Positions 12,162 to 25,180 of a DNA stretch of 64,000 nucleotides are shown piece after piece. The translations under genes and the position numbers were made by a program. Each line of letters starts with the position of its first letter. Position 1 is the stretch's first letter. The notes below the pieces were generated by a model, which was given only the letters and a program-made list of their open reading frames with translations, ran no database searches and had not been told where the DNA came from. The stretch comes from Octopus bimaculoides (Eukaryota). The stretch spans positions 25,544,696 to 25,608,695 of the forward strand of contig NC_068983.1 in NCBI RefSeq assembly GCF_001194135.2, read 5' to 3'.

Positions 12162-12547
12162 TCATACATACATACACACACATATATGTATGTATGAATA
12201 TATAAAAATATATAAATATGTGTGAATATGTGTATGAGTTTTTGTGTGTGAGTATATATTTTAGGCAAGAATGAGCGTCCGCGCAGTATCTGTATGACAA
12301 TATGTGTCGCAGGCCTTGAATCGTTACATCAATTTAGTGCACGTTTAAACAAGTAAATGTACAGTGAAAAAAAAACAAAACAGAATTTGCGGTTATCAGA
12401 TGTGCGGGTTATCTTTAATCTACCATTGTCTGTGTCTCTGTGTGTATCTCTATGACTTTGTGTCTGTATATATATTTGTTTGCGCATCTATGTGACCGAT
12501 AAGCAAACATGAAATATCTGATAATACGCAACTGTGTGGAATTTAGG

Positions 12548-12650
12548 AAAACATACTATATACTATATACAATAAACATATACTATATACTATAAACATA
12601 CTATATACAATAAACATATACTATATACTATAAACATACTATATACAAAA
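12548..12650. repeat. AT-rich minisatellite (AAACATATACTATATAC units)
   Basis: Direct inspection. Confidence 0.85.
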
Positions 12651-14925
12651 TCGACTCGGTTCAATCTTTTTGAATGAATTTGCATGGAGAGAATTTGTAG
12701 AGAAGCCTTCCGATTAGATTGTACCAGAATTTAAAAGGTTACAGCCTTGTGATGCACTGTGTCATTGTTATGCTGTTCGAGAATTAACTTAAGCTTGCTG
12801 GTGTCTGGAAGCCACAGCCACTTAAGTTCAGCTCAAGGAGCAGTTAAGTATCTTTATCATCGAAACTGACAGAGAACAATTCAATGTATATGTGTATCTG
12901 CTTGTAAGTGTATAGATAAAAGTAGAGAGGTAGACATTATACTCTATTCCTTAAGCTGAAACGGTTAAATTAGTTATGAGAAATGTTTTGCTTCGTCTTT
13001 TTTTTTTCGGAGTACTGAAAAGAAAGAGAAACTTTAGAAAATATATGATAAATGAAAATGCTGGGTAGAACTAAATAACCATATGAAAGCTAAGTTGAAT
13101 TTTTTTAATTATGAATCTTTATTTCTTTTTGAGTATTAAAATAAAATTAAGAAACGGTTTGCTTCATAACAGGAACATTCAAAAAGGAAACTAATAATAA
13201 TGCGTATGAAATAGCTTAAATATTAACAGAAACTATTTAGTGAAGAGTGACTGTGCTTTGCTTTAGCCGGGGAGTGTATAAATGTCATAATAGGCGATGG
13301 AGTTTGGTTAATGTTCTGTTTTTTTTTTCTGATTAATTGTTTGTTATTAATTAAATATGCGTAAATTATGACATGTTATTGTATGTCTCAAAGAAACTTT
13401 ATACTGCCGTTATATTTAAAACGTTTCCATATGAAATGTATGATAAATGAAAACTGCAAATTTGGAGGAATACGAAATAAAAAAAGCATTAAAATCATAT
13501 AAAGATCTTTCATTTTTATCTTTATTTACAGAGATAAAACACCAATTAAATTAAATATATTAATTTAAAATTTTAATAACGTTTTTCACGTCCGATTAAA
13601 ACTGCTATTTCTGTGCATCTTATGTAATCAAACGTAAAGTTTTAAGTGAATAACTATCAGGAAAGAAATTCTAATAAATTATTAATTTCAGCTTTAATTT
13701 TTGAATATCTTATGTATTTGCAATTATTTACAAATATTAATTCTACTATCATATAATTTTATAACAAATTTTACGCAGTGCTAATATTTCTGTGTCTGAC
13801 AATATGAGCATATAATTTTTATTATAATAAGATTTAAATAACGATGAAAGAAAACGTAGTAAGTATAGTAAATCTTGAAAAAAAATATCTATTTTGACTA
13901 ATTCAGAAGTTCTACAGACAAGAAATGAAACTGCAAGGTAAAATATTGGAGAAACTATATTGAATGTATCAGTTACAAGAAACTAAAAGACTAAAAAGAA
14001 AATTTTAATCATTGTAGTCAGGATGTGACGCTTTTGATCGAGAAACCTTGCATGACCTGTGAGACTTATGGGAGAGAAAGAGAGAGAGAGAGAGAGGGAG
14101 GGAGAGAGAGTTAAACCTAGAGACCTTGGCTGGACGCTTGCAACAGGTAAAACCCGACCAAGTAGATCATGTGGTTTTGTGTTAAGTAACTCAATGGATT
14201 ATGTCGCAGATTCAAGTAGGCATGGCAGTAATTTGAACTCAGAATGTAAAACGCTAGAGCATACACCTTACTGCATCTAGTTTTAGACGTGATTGTAATT
14301 CCTCTAAGCATTTGTCCTGGATTTGTACATGTTTATCATGTGAGAAAAGAGGAAAAATAAAGTTAATTCAGACAGAGTTAAACACAAACAGCAGGAAGTC
14401 GAACGAAATATTGCAAGATATTCTCTTTAAATACCTGACGATTCTACTGCTTCGCCGCCTTGAGCCATAATTAACCATCAATTTGTGGACAAATTAATGT
14501 TGTTTTTAAAGTTTTCCCGTAGGAAATTCCTAGCTTTTTGAGCAGTAATGTAACGTGTATGTTATCTAGCATTCCGTTTTATATTCATTCTATGGAAATG
14601 CCAGAAAGATGTAACTTCGACGATAAAAGACAATATTAATGAGTGCTTTAAAATTTATCAATTTATAATTAGATATAATTTAGTTTTGAAGACTTGCGAG
14701 TGAATTTTTCTAATGGTAAACAATTATTAAACTTGTCAAATCCTAATCAAATATTTGTCGATGGGAACCTGACATAATATTAACAGAAGATGCTATTAAG
14801 GTATAAAATGTGTTTCTAATAATATTAGGATGATATTAATAAATATGTACGCATGATAGGGAAGATATAAACCTCAAAGTATTTTGAAGATAATAATAAA
14901 ACTATCTTCACAAGACACAAATAAT

Positions 14926-15140
14926 CTTTTCTACTCTAGGCACAAGGCCAGAAATTTTGTGGGGAAAGGCCCAGTCGATTAGATCTATACCCAGTACGCA
15001 ACTGGTACTTAATTTATCGACCCCAAAAGGATGAAAGCAAAGTCGACCTCGCCAAGATTTGAACTCGGAACGTAAAGACAGACGAAATACTGCTAAGCAT
15101 TTCTCCCAGCGTGCTAACGTTTCTTCCAGCTTGCCGCCTT
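14926..15140 (-). mobile_element. Full-length SINE family A with perfect 16-bp TSD
   Basis: ACAAGACACAAATAAT at 14910-14925 and 15141-15156. Confidence 0.92.
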
Positions 15141-16164
15141 ACAAGACACAAATAATGTAGCTGACAATTATTATTTAACTAATTATTTTCAATTGCGCTT
15201 GAAGGTTAATATAGGTGTATAACTTTCTTAGAATCAATATAGATATCATCTGTGTTTTTAGGAAGAAAGCCTCAGTTATTGGTAATTGTCCTACCAATAT
15301 TAGTTTCAGAAAATACAGCGACGGCGGAGAAAGAATAAAGTACATTTAATATGATTTGTATGGGTATATTCAATTGCTGTAATTTTATGTAGATGTGCAA
15401 ATAATAAATTTTTTTTTTATATTAATATCCAGTCATCGAATTCGCGCTAACTTTTTAACATTATCCTTTCCTATGAACAGGATATTTTCCTCAAAACAGC
15501 CCAGTCAGAAGACATTAAGTTTAGTAATATCAATGTTAAAAGTCACCATTAGCTATACTACCGCATTCCTTAGAAGTATCGACAGTGAGGAAACTGAATA
15601 ATCTGCGAACCTCAAGTCTTTGCACTCCATTAATTTATCCCCTAAAAACATCGCTAATTGGAATACAGATACTTAAAAAAACTTTTTTAGATTCTGTTTC
15701 ATACACAATTTAACTGTACTTCTACACTAGACTGCCGCACATTCACACGAACCCTATTTGTGCTAATGTATTTTCTCCACATCTCAACAGTAACTCACAA
15801 CACATAAGTTTTTCATTAAATACGCCGACATTACTGACATACAACATTAAACTGAACATGTAATTTTTAACTTCATTCCAGGAAAGCCTATCAAAATGTA
15901 TATTCATATCTTGAAAGAGTTAAGCTACTGTCATTACCATACTCCCGTGCATTTCCTTTCATATGCAAACGAAGGTATACGGGATAACATTATTATTAGA
16001 AAACCCCTTTTATGTACTATTAATATTTATATTTCTAATATCAAATTATCGGCATTGAATTGTAATTTTTATCTCAGTTATTTTTATTTTTTTGCCATTG
16101 GAAATACGTTTCTAGTTTCTGTAAAACTCCGTAATATAGATGTTGTTAACATGCAGTCAGATTA

Positions 16165-16595
16165 AGGGAGCGCGCTGACTGAATTGTTAGCACGCCGGGC
16201 AAAATGTTTAGTGGTATTTCGTCTGCTGTTATGTTCTGAGTTCAAATTCCACCGAGGTCGACTTTGCCTTTCATCCTTTCGGGGTCGATAAATAGATTAC
16301 CAGTTATGCACTGGGGTCGATGTAATCGAATTAATCCCTTTGTCTGTCCTTGTTTGTCCCCTCTATATTTATCCTCTTGTGGGCAATAAAGAAATAAGAA
16401 TTGTTAGCATGCCAGGGAAGCAACTTAGTGGTATTTCTTCCGTCTATGTTTTAAGTACAAATCCTGGTGGAGGTCAATTTTGTCTTTCATCATTTCAGGG
16501 ACGTTAAAATAAATACCAGTTGAGTGCTGGGATCGATGTAAGTGACTTACCCCTTCCCCTCGAAAATACTGGCCTTGTGCGAAAATTTGAAAACA
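16165..16595 (+). mobile_element. Dimeric family-A SINE (left monomer fused to a head-truncated right monomer)
   Basis: Left monomer ends GGGCAATAAAGAAATAAGAA, directly followed by TTGTTAGCATGCCAGGG; same junction as at 60986-61482. Confidence 0.85.
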
Positions 16596-16951
16596 AGGCT
16601 CTCAGGAAAACATTCTATTATTATAATTCTTACAATTTATACAACGCTCATTATGAATGTGTATTTTATCTTCATAAGTCAATTCTTTTTGAATTATATT
16701 TCTTTAGTACTCATAAAAAATCCTAATAAATATCACGTGAGCGTTTCCCTCAAGAAACATCGAGGATCATTATAATCCCAATAATGTATTAGTTATTGCT
16801 ATATATATTTAACTTATTTTTATAATTGCTTCAAGTTATTGGTTGCGTACGTCATCAAATAATTTCGCTGTATCTTATCCTGGTGATCTATGAGGTTGGG
16901 TTCTAAGATGAAAGAAATTGAATCCTCATATTAATAAGCTTAATGGATATT

Positions 16952-17148
16952 GGTCTCAATCTTTTGGCACACTGCCAGCAATTTTGAGGGAAGGATGAAG
17001 TCGATTACATCGACTCTAGTGTTCAACTGGTACTTATTTAATCGGCCTCGAAAGTAAAGTGAACCTTGATGGAATTTGAACTCAGAGCGTATAAGAAAAA
17101 ATGCCATTAAAACATCTTTATGTAGCGGTTTTGCCAGCTCTCCGATTT
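16952..17148 (-). mobile_element. Older SINE family A copy
   Basis: TTTTGGCACA..GTCGATTACATCGAC..CAACTGGTACTTATTT..GGAATTTGAACTCAGAGCG..TTTGCCAGCTC. Confidence 0.75.
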
Positions 17149-18489
17149 GAAAGAAAAAACGTTTAAAGAATATTCATATATCGTATTATTTAAATCTTAT
17201 GTAAAAATTAATTATTGGTAAGATTTAACTTTATGCACTTAATACCACTCACATAAATAATTACAAATCAGCTAAACTTAGATTTGTCTTTGTGTACTAA
17301 ATATATACACGTAAAATATTAGCAATTACAACACTTATAATTACTTTAGAATTAATATTAAAATCAATAATCTACAAATTCGTTTTTCATTTTCTTGAAT
17401 GTATATATTAGAATTATTTTTACATACTTAATATCAAACGCATTTATAAAAGCAATTATTTTCCAACTAAAGATGCCCAAAACATTTAACACCCCCACAC
17501 ATACATACTCTCACACACACATGTATATCATTTGTGGAGAATCACGCATACAGATACATGTTCCAACAATAGATAAACATAATGATATATAGTTTAAAAC
17601 ATTCCTTTACATTGGCACTTATTCCGATGAAACTAAAATATCACCTCAAAGACTCTCAATAACATTTATTAACAAGTTACGTATATCAATTATTATTAGA
17701 AGTAACTCTTACCGTCTTTTTGATTTTTGTAAATATTTCAATGTAAACTAAGAAAAGTCAACCTACATTTCAACCATGGCAAATAACAATTTCATTTTTA
17801 GCATTACAGCACAGTTTATCGTACCAAATTTTCGCCATTTGTCCCCATGATTAACTTCATCACAACAAAATACACGAATTTATACATATCCTCAGTTTAG
17901 TGCTGGCTTCTCGTATTCCATTTACGCAGAACCACTGAATAGCGTAACCCGTCCTTGAACGATGAAGGTTATATTGCATGTGGGACATGTTTCTCGCGTC
18001 GGTCCGCAGCGTCTGAATTTCTGGACTCTGCTTCAGAAAAGGAGATAACCACTCCGAAATGCAAGCGTCTCGCAGTCTGGATAGGGGGTGCAGTGAACTG
18101 TCTTTATGTATTTAAACCTTTCTGTCTAGAGCGAGGAATATTCTCCACAACGAAATACACTGAATATCTTTCCAGATATGCATGAGGCATATTTGAATCG
18201 GTAGCAAGTGTATATTTATGCACATCACTGTTTGCGCAGTTTAATGTACACATCATTAAATGCTACAAATTGCTTCATACATCAGAGACATAGTCTAGGC
18301 AGGTTTCTATATCACGCCTAGTGTTTCCAAGTAATCTTGAGCTTCTGATCACATCGCTTATACAACTTATAAATCAAGACGATAACTTGGCTAGGCCATG
18401 TGCTCAGAGCCTAAGTTAGTTGGGGACACTAGGCATGTTATAAAAGCCCACTTAGACCGACCATGTTTCATCTTATGAAATTATTAGTA

Positions 18490-18702
18490 GCTCTTACCTA
18501 CGTACCATGTACATTAAACGATATTTATCTCTCACCAGGTTGAATACATTTTGGTGATACAGCAACTCACTTCTAAAGCTTAGTAAACTGGAGTAACAGA
18601 AAATAAAGTGCCTTGCTCAAAAACACAACACACGGCACATCCGGGAATCGAACTCACACTTCACGATTGTAAGCTCGACGCTCTAACCACTAAGCCAAGA
18701 GT
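18490..18702 (-). mobile_element. tRNA-derived SINE family B (GGCTTAGTGGTTAGAGCGTCG..GAGTTCGATTCCCGG..GTGTTTTTGAGCAAGGCACTT)
   Basis: Recognisable A and B boxes on the minus strand followed by the GTGT..TTGAGCAAGRCACTT core also seen at ~30775 and ~63040. Confidence 0.75.
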
Positions 18703-19248
18703 CATCTCTATAATGTAGACAGGAGTGCTTAAAGTTAACACAGATTATAGCACTCACTTCTACTATTTGAACTAAAAAGACACAATATCAGAGTTTACAA
18801 ACCTACTGGAAAAGCTTCAGTTCATTCCCATAGATATATTTCAAAGAATCAGATACCACTATTCCAAGACTGGTTCACAAATAAGCAACCCAACCCTCTT
18901 CATGTTTGACTGACAGAGATGGCATATAACTAGGTAGACATAAAATAACTGGTTATTTCAATACTTAATGACAATCCATTAGGAGAGAAACAAAGATATA
19001 ATTTCAACGTGCATGATACACATAGTTATCAACCATTCAGATTGGGAACTTACAGTCGAAAACTTATAATTTTTAAGACTTACGCTATTGTCTGAAGAAG
19101 TAAGTTCACCTACCATCTCTCTCCTTCTGAACTCAATATATATATATATATATGAGGCGTGTATGCGGGTGTGTCTGTATAAGTATTAAGAAATATGTGA
19201 GCTACAATCACTACAAGAGGTATTGCATATTTCTCCATTCTTCATTCG

Positions 19249-19287
<39 letters not shown>

Positions 19288-19357
19288 GTTTGGGTGTGTC
19301 TCTCTCTCTTTCTGTCTGCCTGTCTGTCTCTGTTTCTCTCTCCGTGTTTCTCTCTCC

Positions 19358-19413
<56 letters not shown>

Positions 19414-20531
19414 ACAATACCATAGAGAGATTGATAGCCAGATAGACTACAAGTGGTCAGTTTACGTTTTAAGTTTACATACGTAATTTGCATATCAAAT
19501 TTTACATGTAAGGAAAAATCAGTATAAATTTATACAAACATTTTTTTTTTCAATACAAAATATATGAGTGGCGAAACATATATTTATTCGGAAAAGTATA
19601 CAAATAATATATAAATCTATTCATGCATATACGCAACTAATTAGTTATATATAATTAATTGATGCTGAGATAGAAATTTTCTTCTTTGCAGACATTCATT
19701 CATATTCATTGTTCAGTTATACTTTCACTCATATCCTGCAATTATTCAGCTTTCACGCAAAAGCGATAGATATATAATATATCAGATGCATGCATATATA
19801 CTTTCATTCTCTTATACATATATACATGCAGATATACATAGATAAACATAAATATCTAGATGCATACATATGTATATTTATATCTATGATTACATATATA
19901 TGCACAAATATTTATATATAAACATGCATGTATATACTTAGGTGTGTGGTGTGTAAATATATATATACTTATTTATATTAAAGTCAGAATTAGAATGTTA
20001 TATATATATATATATATNNNNNNNNNNNNNNNNNNNNNNNNNNNNNNNNNNNNNNNNNNNNNNNNNNNNNNNNNNNNNNNNNNNNNNNNNNNNNNNNNNN
20101 NNNNNNNNNNNNNNNNNNNNNNNNNNNNNNNNNNNNNNNNNNNNNNNNNNNNNNNNNNNNNNNNNNNNNNNNNNNNNNNNNNNNNNNNNNNNNNNNNNNN
20201 NNNNNNNNNNNNNNNNNNNNNNNNNNNNNNNNNNNNNNNNNNNNNNNNNNNNNNNNNNNNNNNNNNNNNNNNNNNNNNNNNNNNNNNNNNNNNNNNNNNN
20301 NNNNNNNNNNNNNNNNNNNNNNNNNNNNNNNNNNNNNNNNNNNNNNNNNNNNNNNNNNNNNNNNNNNNNNNNNNNNNNNNNNNNNNNNNNNNNNNNNNNN
20401 NNNNNNNNNNNNNNNNNNNNNNNNNNNNNNNNNNNNNNNNNNNNNNNNNNNNNNNNNNNNNNNNNNNNNNNNNNNNNNNNNNNNNNNNNNNNNNNNNNNN
20501 NNNNNNNNNNNNNNNNNNNNNNNNNNNNNNN

Positions 20532-20581
<50 letters not shown>

Positions 20582-20863
20582 GACCTGGGAATCTACTTAC
20601 CAGTGCAGGCATTCAAAGATGTATTCATGCACACTTGCAGAAAAAAAAACACGCATTGTACATGCGTGAGTATATACACTCAAACTTAGATAATATGTTA
20701 AGATATCATTGCAGCTATTGATAGTGTTGAAAATGTGCTCATATCTTAAGTAAAAAAGAGTAACACATTTTTACTAAGCATAGCATACTTGCTCTCGTTG
20801 AAGAATTACTAAGTTTGTTTTAAGTGTTAATAATTGAAGTTCTTGCAGAATATCTTGTAAATA

Positions 20864-21423
20864 CTACGAGTTAGCATTTAAATTTACATCGGGCTTTCGT
20901 AATGGCTCGATTACCAATATAACAAGAGATGATAAAAAAGAACCAATAAGGAAAATCCAAAACAAGAAACGGTCCATGACAAGAGCAACGAGCTGCCACT
21001 CCAAGACTACTTCCTCGTGGTCATCTGCTTCCTGCCGCGAAACCAAAATTTTCAAATGTCTTGTGATTTTTTCTCCACCGTGCCCACGGCTTGTGCTTCC
21101 TCCACTCTTATCTGTTGCCAATGCGTTACTAGGAGCAAGCGTTCCGTTGCAATTTGCTGGATCACTGGGGCATGTACTATCCACATATGTTGTCAAACAC
21201 ATATCTTCCTTCGGGATATCATCTGTCAGTGCATACCTCCGCCAAGGTTCGCGCCGGCCGTGTGTTGAGATGCACACAAGTCGTGCGAGAAAATTGAAAC
21301 TCAGTAACTTCAACCATCTGGCCACGGGCTTTTGCTGTGGCCCAACGTGATGGAGTTGAAGTACAAATACAGTCAGAATTATTGACAACGACGTCATACC
21401 CATTGTCACCGTCAAGTAGATGC
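20864..21423 (-). CDS. Same nAChR alpha subunit, terminal coding exon: TM3, MX helix, intracellular loop, MA helix, TM4, stop
   Basis: Acceptor TTTGCAG|GC at 21424/21423 completes the Gly codon begun by the upstream exon (G|GC). Translation GIYLTVTMGMTSLSIILTVFVLQLHHVGP...PVARWLKLLSFNFLARLVC...EWQLVALVMDRFLFWIFLIGSFLSSLVILVIEPLRKPDVNLNANS*; TAG at 20866-20864; length 560 = 2+558 nt. Confidence 0.95.
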
Positions 21424-22008
21424 CTGCAAATATAGAAAAGAGAAACATATTTTATTAGATATTCTATTAAACGAAGGATATGAAAAAAGCAACCAAATTT
21501 ATACCTATATAGCAAACACACACACACACGTACGCACGCACGCACACACACATAAACACACACACACACACACACGCATGAATCTAAAATCTTCCAAATA
21601 ATAGCAGCAAAATTATACTCAATATAGAATCTTTTACAATTTATATTCCACACTAAATACTTACCTCCATAATATTCTAGTTTAGATACGTACAATTAAA
21701 TAATTTTAAAATAGTTCTGAAATATATATAACGATGTACCAACGTCTTCGGCCTATATATGCCTTAGGAAAGAAATTTTGTCTCCTTCTTTTGATATTAG
21801 AGCGCCCGCCAATCTACTTCTTCCAATGCTTTTCTTACACTAATATATCGCAAGGTTGGAAGAGAAGTCATATTAAAAACAATAAAATTGAATACTATCT
21901 CAACCATCTTCCGTTGTTGCCCAACCATCATAAACGTTTCGAGTTTTCCGACACAATTGTTGTGCAAGGGCTGTCGGCATACAGTAAAAGCACACAAAGA
22001 GAGAAAAT

Positions 22009-22317
22009 TGTTTCGCACTCCGTCGGTTACGACGACGAGGGTTCCAGTTAATCCGATCAACAGAACAGCCTGATCGTGAAATTAACGTGCAAGTGGCTGA
22101 GCACTCCACAGACATGTGTACTCTTAACGTAGTTCTCGGGGAGATTCAGCGTGATACAAAGTGTGACAAGGCTGGCCCTATGAAATACAGGTACAACAGA
22201 AACAGGAAGAAAGAATGAGAGAAAGTTGTGGTTCACCACAGCAGGGTACAGCAGGGTTCACCACAACACCCCTGTCGGAGTTTTAGGTGTTTTCTCTCAA
22301 TAAACACTCACAGCGCC
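22009..22317 (-). mobile_element. SINE sharing the head/body of the 5431/7035 family but with a different 3' tail; cut by gap
   Basis: Reverse complement GGCGCTGTGAGTGTTTATTGAGAGAAAACACCTAAA..CAACTTTCTCTCATTCTTTCTTCCTGTT, then tail ..GGAGTGCTCAGCCACTTGCACGTTAATTTCACG..GGAACCCTCGTCGTCGTAACCGACGGAGTGC. Confidence 0.8.
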
Positions 22318-24948
22318 NNNNNNNNNNNNNNNNNNNNNNNNNNNNNNNNNNNNNNNNNNNNNNNNNNNNNNNNNNNNNNNNNNNNNNNNNNNNNNNNNNN
22401 NNNNNNNNNNNNNNNNNNNNNNNNNNNNNNNNNNNNNNNNNNNNNNNNNNNNNNNNNNNNNNNNNNNNNNNNNNNNNNNNNNNNNNNNNNNNNNNNNNNN
22501 NNNNNNNNNNNNNNNNNNNNNNNNNNNNNNNNNNNNNNNNNNNNNNNNNNNNNNNNNNNNNNNNNNNNNNNNNNNNNNNNNNNNNNNNNNNNNNNNNNNN
22601 NNNNNNNNNNNNNNNNNNNNNNNNNNNNNNNNNNNNNNNNNNNNNNNNNNNNNNNNNNNNNNNNNNNNNNNNNNNNNNNNNNNNNNNNNNNNNNNNNNNN
22701 TATATATATATATATATATATATATATCGTACAATATATTTTCCATCTAAATGTCCTTGACCCAAATGGGACGATGCTACTGTAGTTTATAGCCCCAGGA
22801 AGATATCTCCTCCAGCTGTACAATACGATATTGCAGATAACAAAGACTCAAAAGCTAAGAATCGATGAACGATCCCTCCAGTGTTCAAATTTATATAGGG
22901 TTAGCCGCAGTTGGATCAGCAATTTGAATAAAATAGGTCATTCATACGTGGTGAAAAGGGAAAGAAGGGATGTGTTATAGGTGTTAGGAAAAGGAGAGAA
23001 AGTCATAGGTACAAAAGAGACCTCAGATTGAGATGTATAATGCAGGACAAAGTGGGTTTTCGGAGAAGGTCAGTCAGAGGTCAAAAAGAAAGATGAAAGG
23101 ATTTGGATAGACGTGGACATAGAACAGCTGATAAACTGCGAAATAAATATAGCAGAACGAAAATACATAGTGATTACAAAGTAAAAATACAGCGCATCTA
23201 TCTATCTATCTAGCTATCTATCTACACTTTCATTCCGAATCCATATATGCATAAATATGTATGTATGTATGGATGGATGTATGTATGCATGTATTTGTCT
23301 GTGTGTGTATATATGAGTGCATGTGTGTATATGTCGTGTGTGTATATATGTTTTTGTGTGCGCGTGTATTTCTGTTTGTGTTTGTATATAGAAATACGTT
23401 CGAAACGAAGGGAGTCTAAATGGTGATATTTCACGAAACTTGTGTCAAATGTAATAATACAATACATATACTCGAAATTTTCACACCCAGTCCATAAACC
23501 ATTATTGTTACTTTATTTGCCATTGATTAATATTGTGCATAGTATAGAGTGTTATGAAATCGGAGTTTCACTGAAATTTTTTATTTTCTATTTTCGGCAC
23601 CAGGTTCATGAAGACTATTCATTGCTGTTTCCTGGCTTAATCCCAAGTCAGTACTGCTTGCAAATATGACAAATTACATTCTAGTCATTTCTATCCTCGT
23701 TTTACATTCTGTCATATCAATTTTATGTTTATGATAGAAAAACTTTTGTTTACAGAAGTTTAATTACATATTCTTATAGCTTGACGACTACAGAGAAGCT
23801 TTGTCGGTGCCTCAAGTATTTACATTTAATTACGTTATGCAATGATTATGAAAATTATTTGAAAGCTTCATTGTCAGTAAAAATTTTGAAAAATAGTATC
23901 TATTAATTAGTTCCTGTCTATCTTTCTAAACTAGAAACTATATATCTTATGCATAGAGGAGTGCTCAAACGCTCCCATGAATTCCCCGTATTCTCTTACT
24001 AAAATGTATTGTAACATATATACAGAATTGACTGCTAGAATTTCCATGTTGTTGTGAAACTGAAAATAACCCACTGATGAAAGTAAAGTGAAAGTGACAC
24101 TGAGTATAATGATAATTACTCTTGCTTGAGCAAAGATCATGCTGAACGGAATCTTATTTAGTAGCTAGAAATCATTAAAATAACAACCATAAAATTCCAG
24201 AAAGAATAAACAAGCTATAATCCAAGTATATGTGGATAGGAATATGATATAAATTGAAGTTTATTTGAGGAAAGTAATCATAAAGCATTAATAGAATCTG
24301 GCAGTGTTTACTGTATGTGGAACATTACAAATGAATGACAAAAAATTAATTCTGACAATGCGAAGAATGAGATATCTTTAAAAATGATACACGTAACAAA
24401 AACAAGATGAGCCTGACTTTAGAACTGCATTAGAAAATAGCGTAGTCTAATTATACTGAGGCAAATAGAAAGTTATATACCATTTTGTAATATTTGCAAC
24501 ATGAATGCATATGACGTAAACGTCTGCCTTCAATATCACGTCAAACGATTAAAGGTTATTGCTTCTAGTCATTATTAAACTTGTCTTTTCAATTAAATCT
24601 GTTATTTAAAGATGCACGGTAAAAAAATCTCATATACAAATATGTTAGATACAATTATAAATATACAAACCCTACATACATACATTCACACAAATTATCA
24701 CACATATAAGAGAAATAAATTAATGCACAAGTACACAGGTGCACACACAAGTGCAACCATATATACACATGAGTTAACCTTACTAGATTAAGTATTTGCA
24801 CCAAAAAATGAGACATCATGACATGGTCTCAAGACTTTTTGAATGTGACCAGAAAAAGAGATTCATTTCTTTAATTTCAAAACCTATAAAGAGCGCACTG
24901 GTGTCTGATGACGCATTTTATTTCTTCCAAATAGAATAATAGATACAG

Positions 24949-24998
<50 letters not shown>

Positions 24999-25024
24999 AG
25001 TGAGTGAGAGAGAGAGAGAGACAG

Positions 25025-25180
25025 ACGACGACGTCTTCCACATAGTTTCTATGTTCTAACTTCACTAATAACACAATGACTGGCCTGTGGCTATCGTAGA
25101 AGTCATTTATTTAAGTTTCCTCCCTGTGGGACTGAACACGAAATCCCTTGCTTGCAAATCGGACTTTTTCATTACACAAG
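25025..25180 (-). mobile_element. Degenerate head of the composite SINE
   Basis: GGCTATCGTAGAAG..GTGGGACTGAAC matches 46800-46880; adjacent to (TA)n/(GA)n. Confidence 0.55.

Noticed and set aside
12548-12650. CRISPR-like repeat/spacer array
   Set aside because: It is a low-complexity minisatellite without unique spacers, in eukaryotic DNA with no cas genes.
19583-19588. Poly(A) signal (minus-strand AATAAA) for the nAChR mRNA
   Set aside because: The hexamer is common in this AT-rich sequence and is separated from the stop by a gap; it cannot be assigned without 3'-end data.
23931-24140. 69-aa minus-strand ORF with a hydrophobic, signal-peptide-like start
   Set aside because: Non-ATG start, no homology and no splice support; expected by chance in AT-rich DNA.
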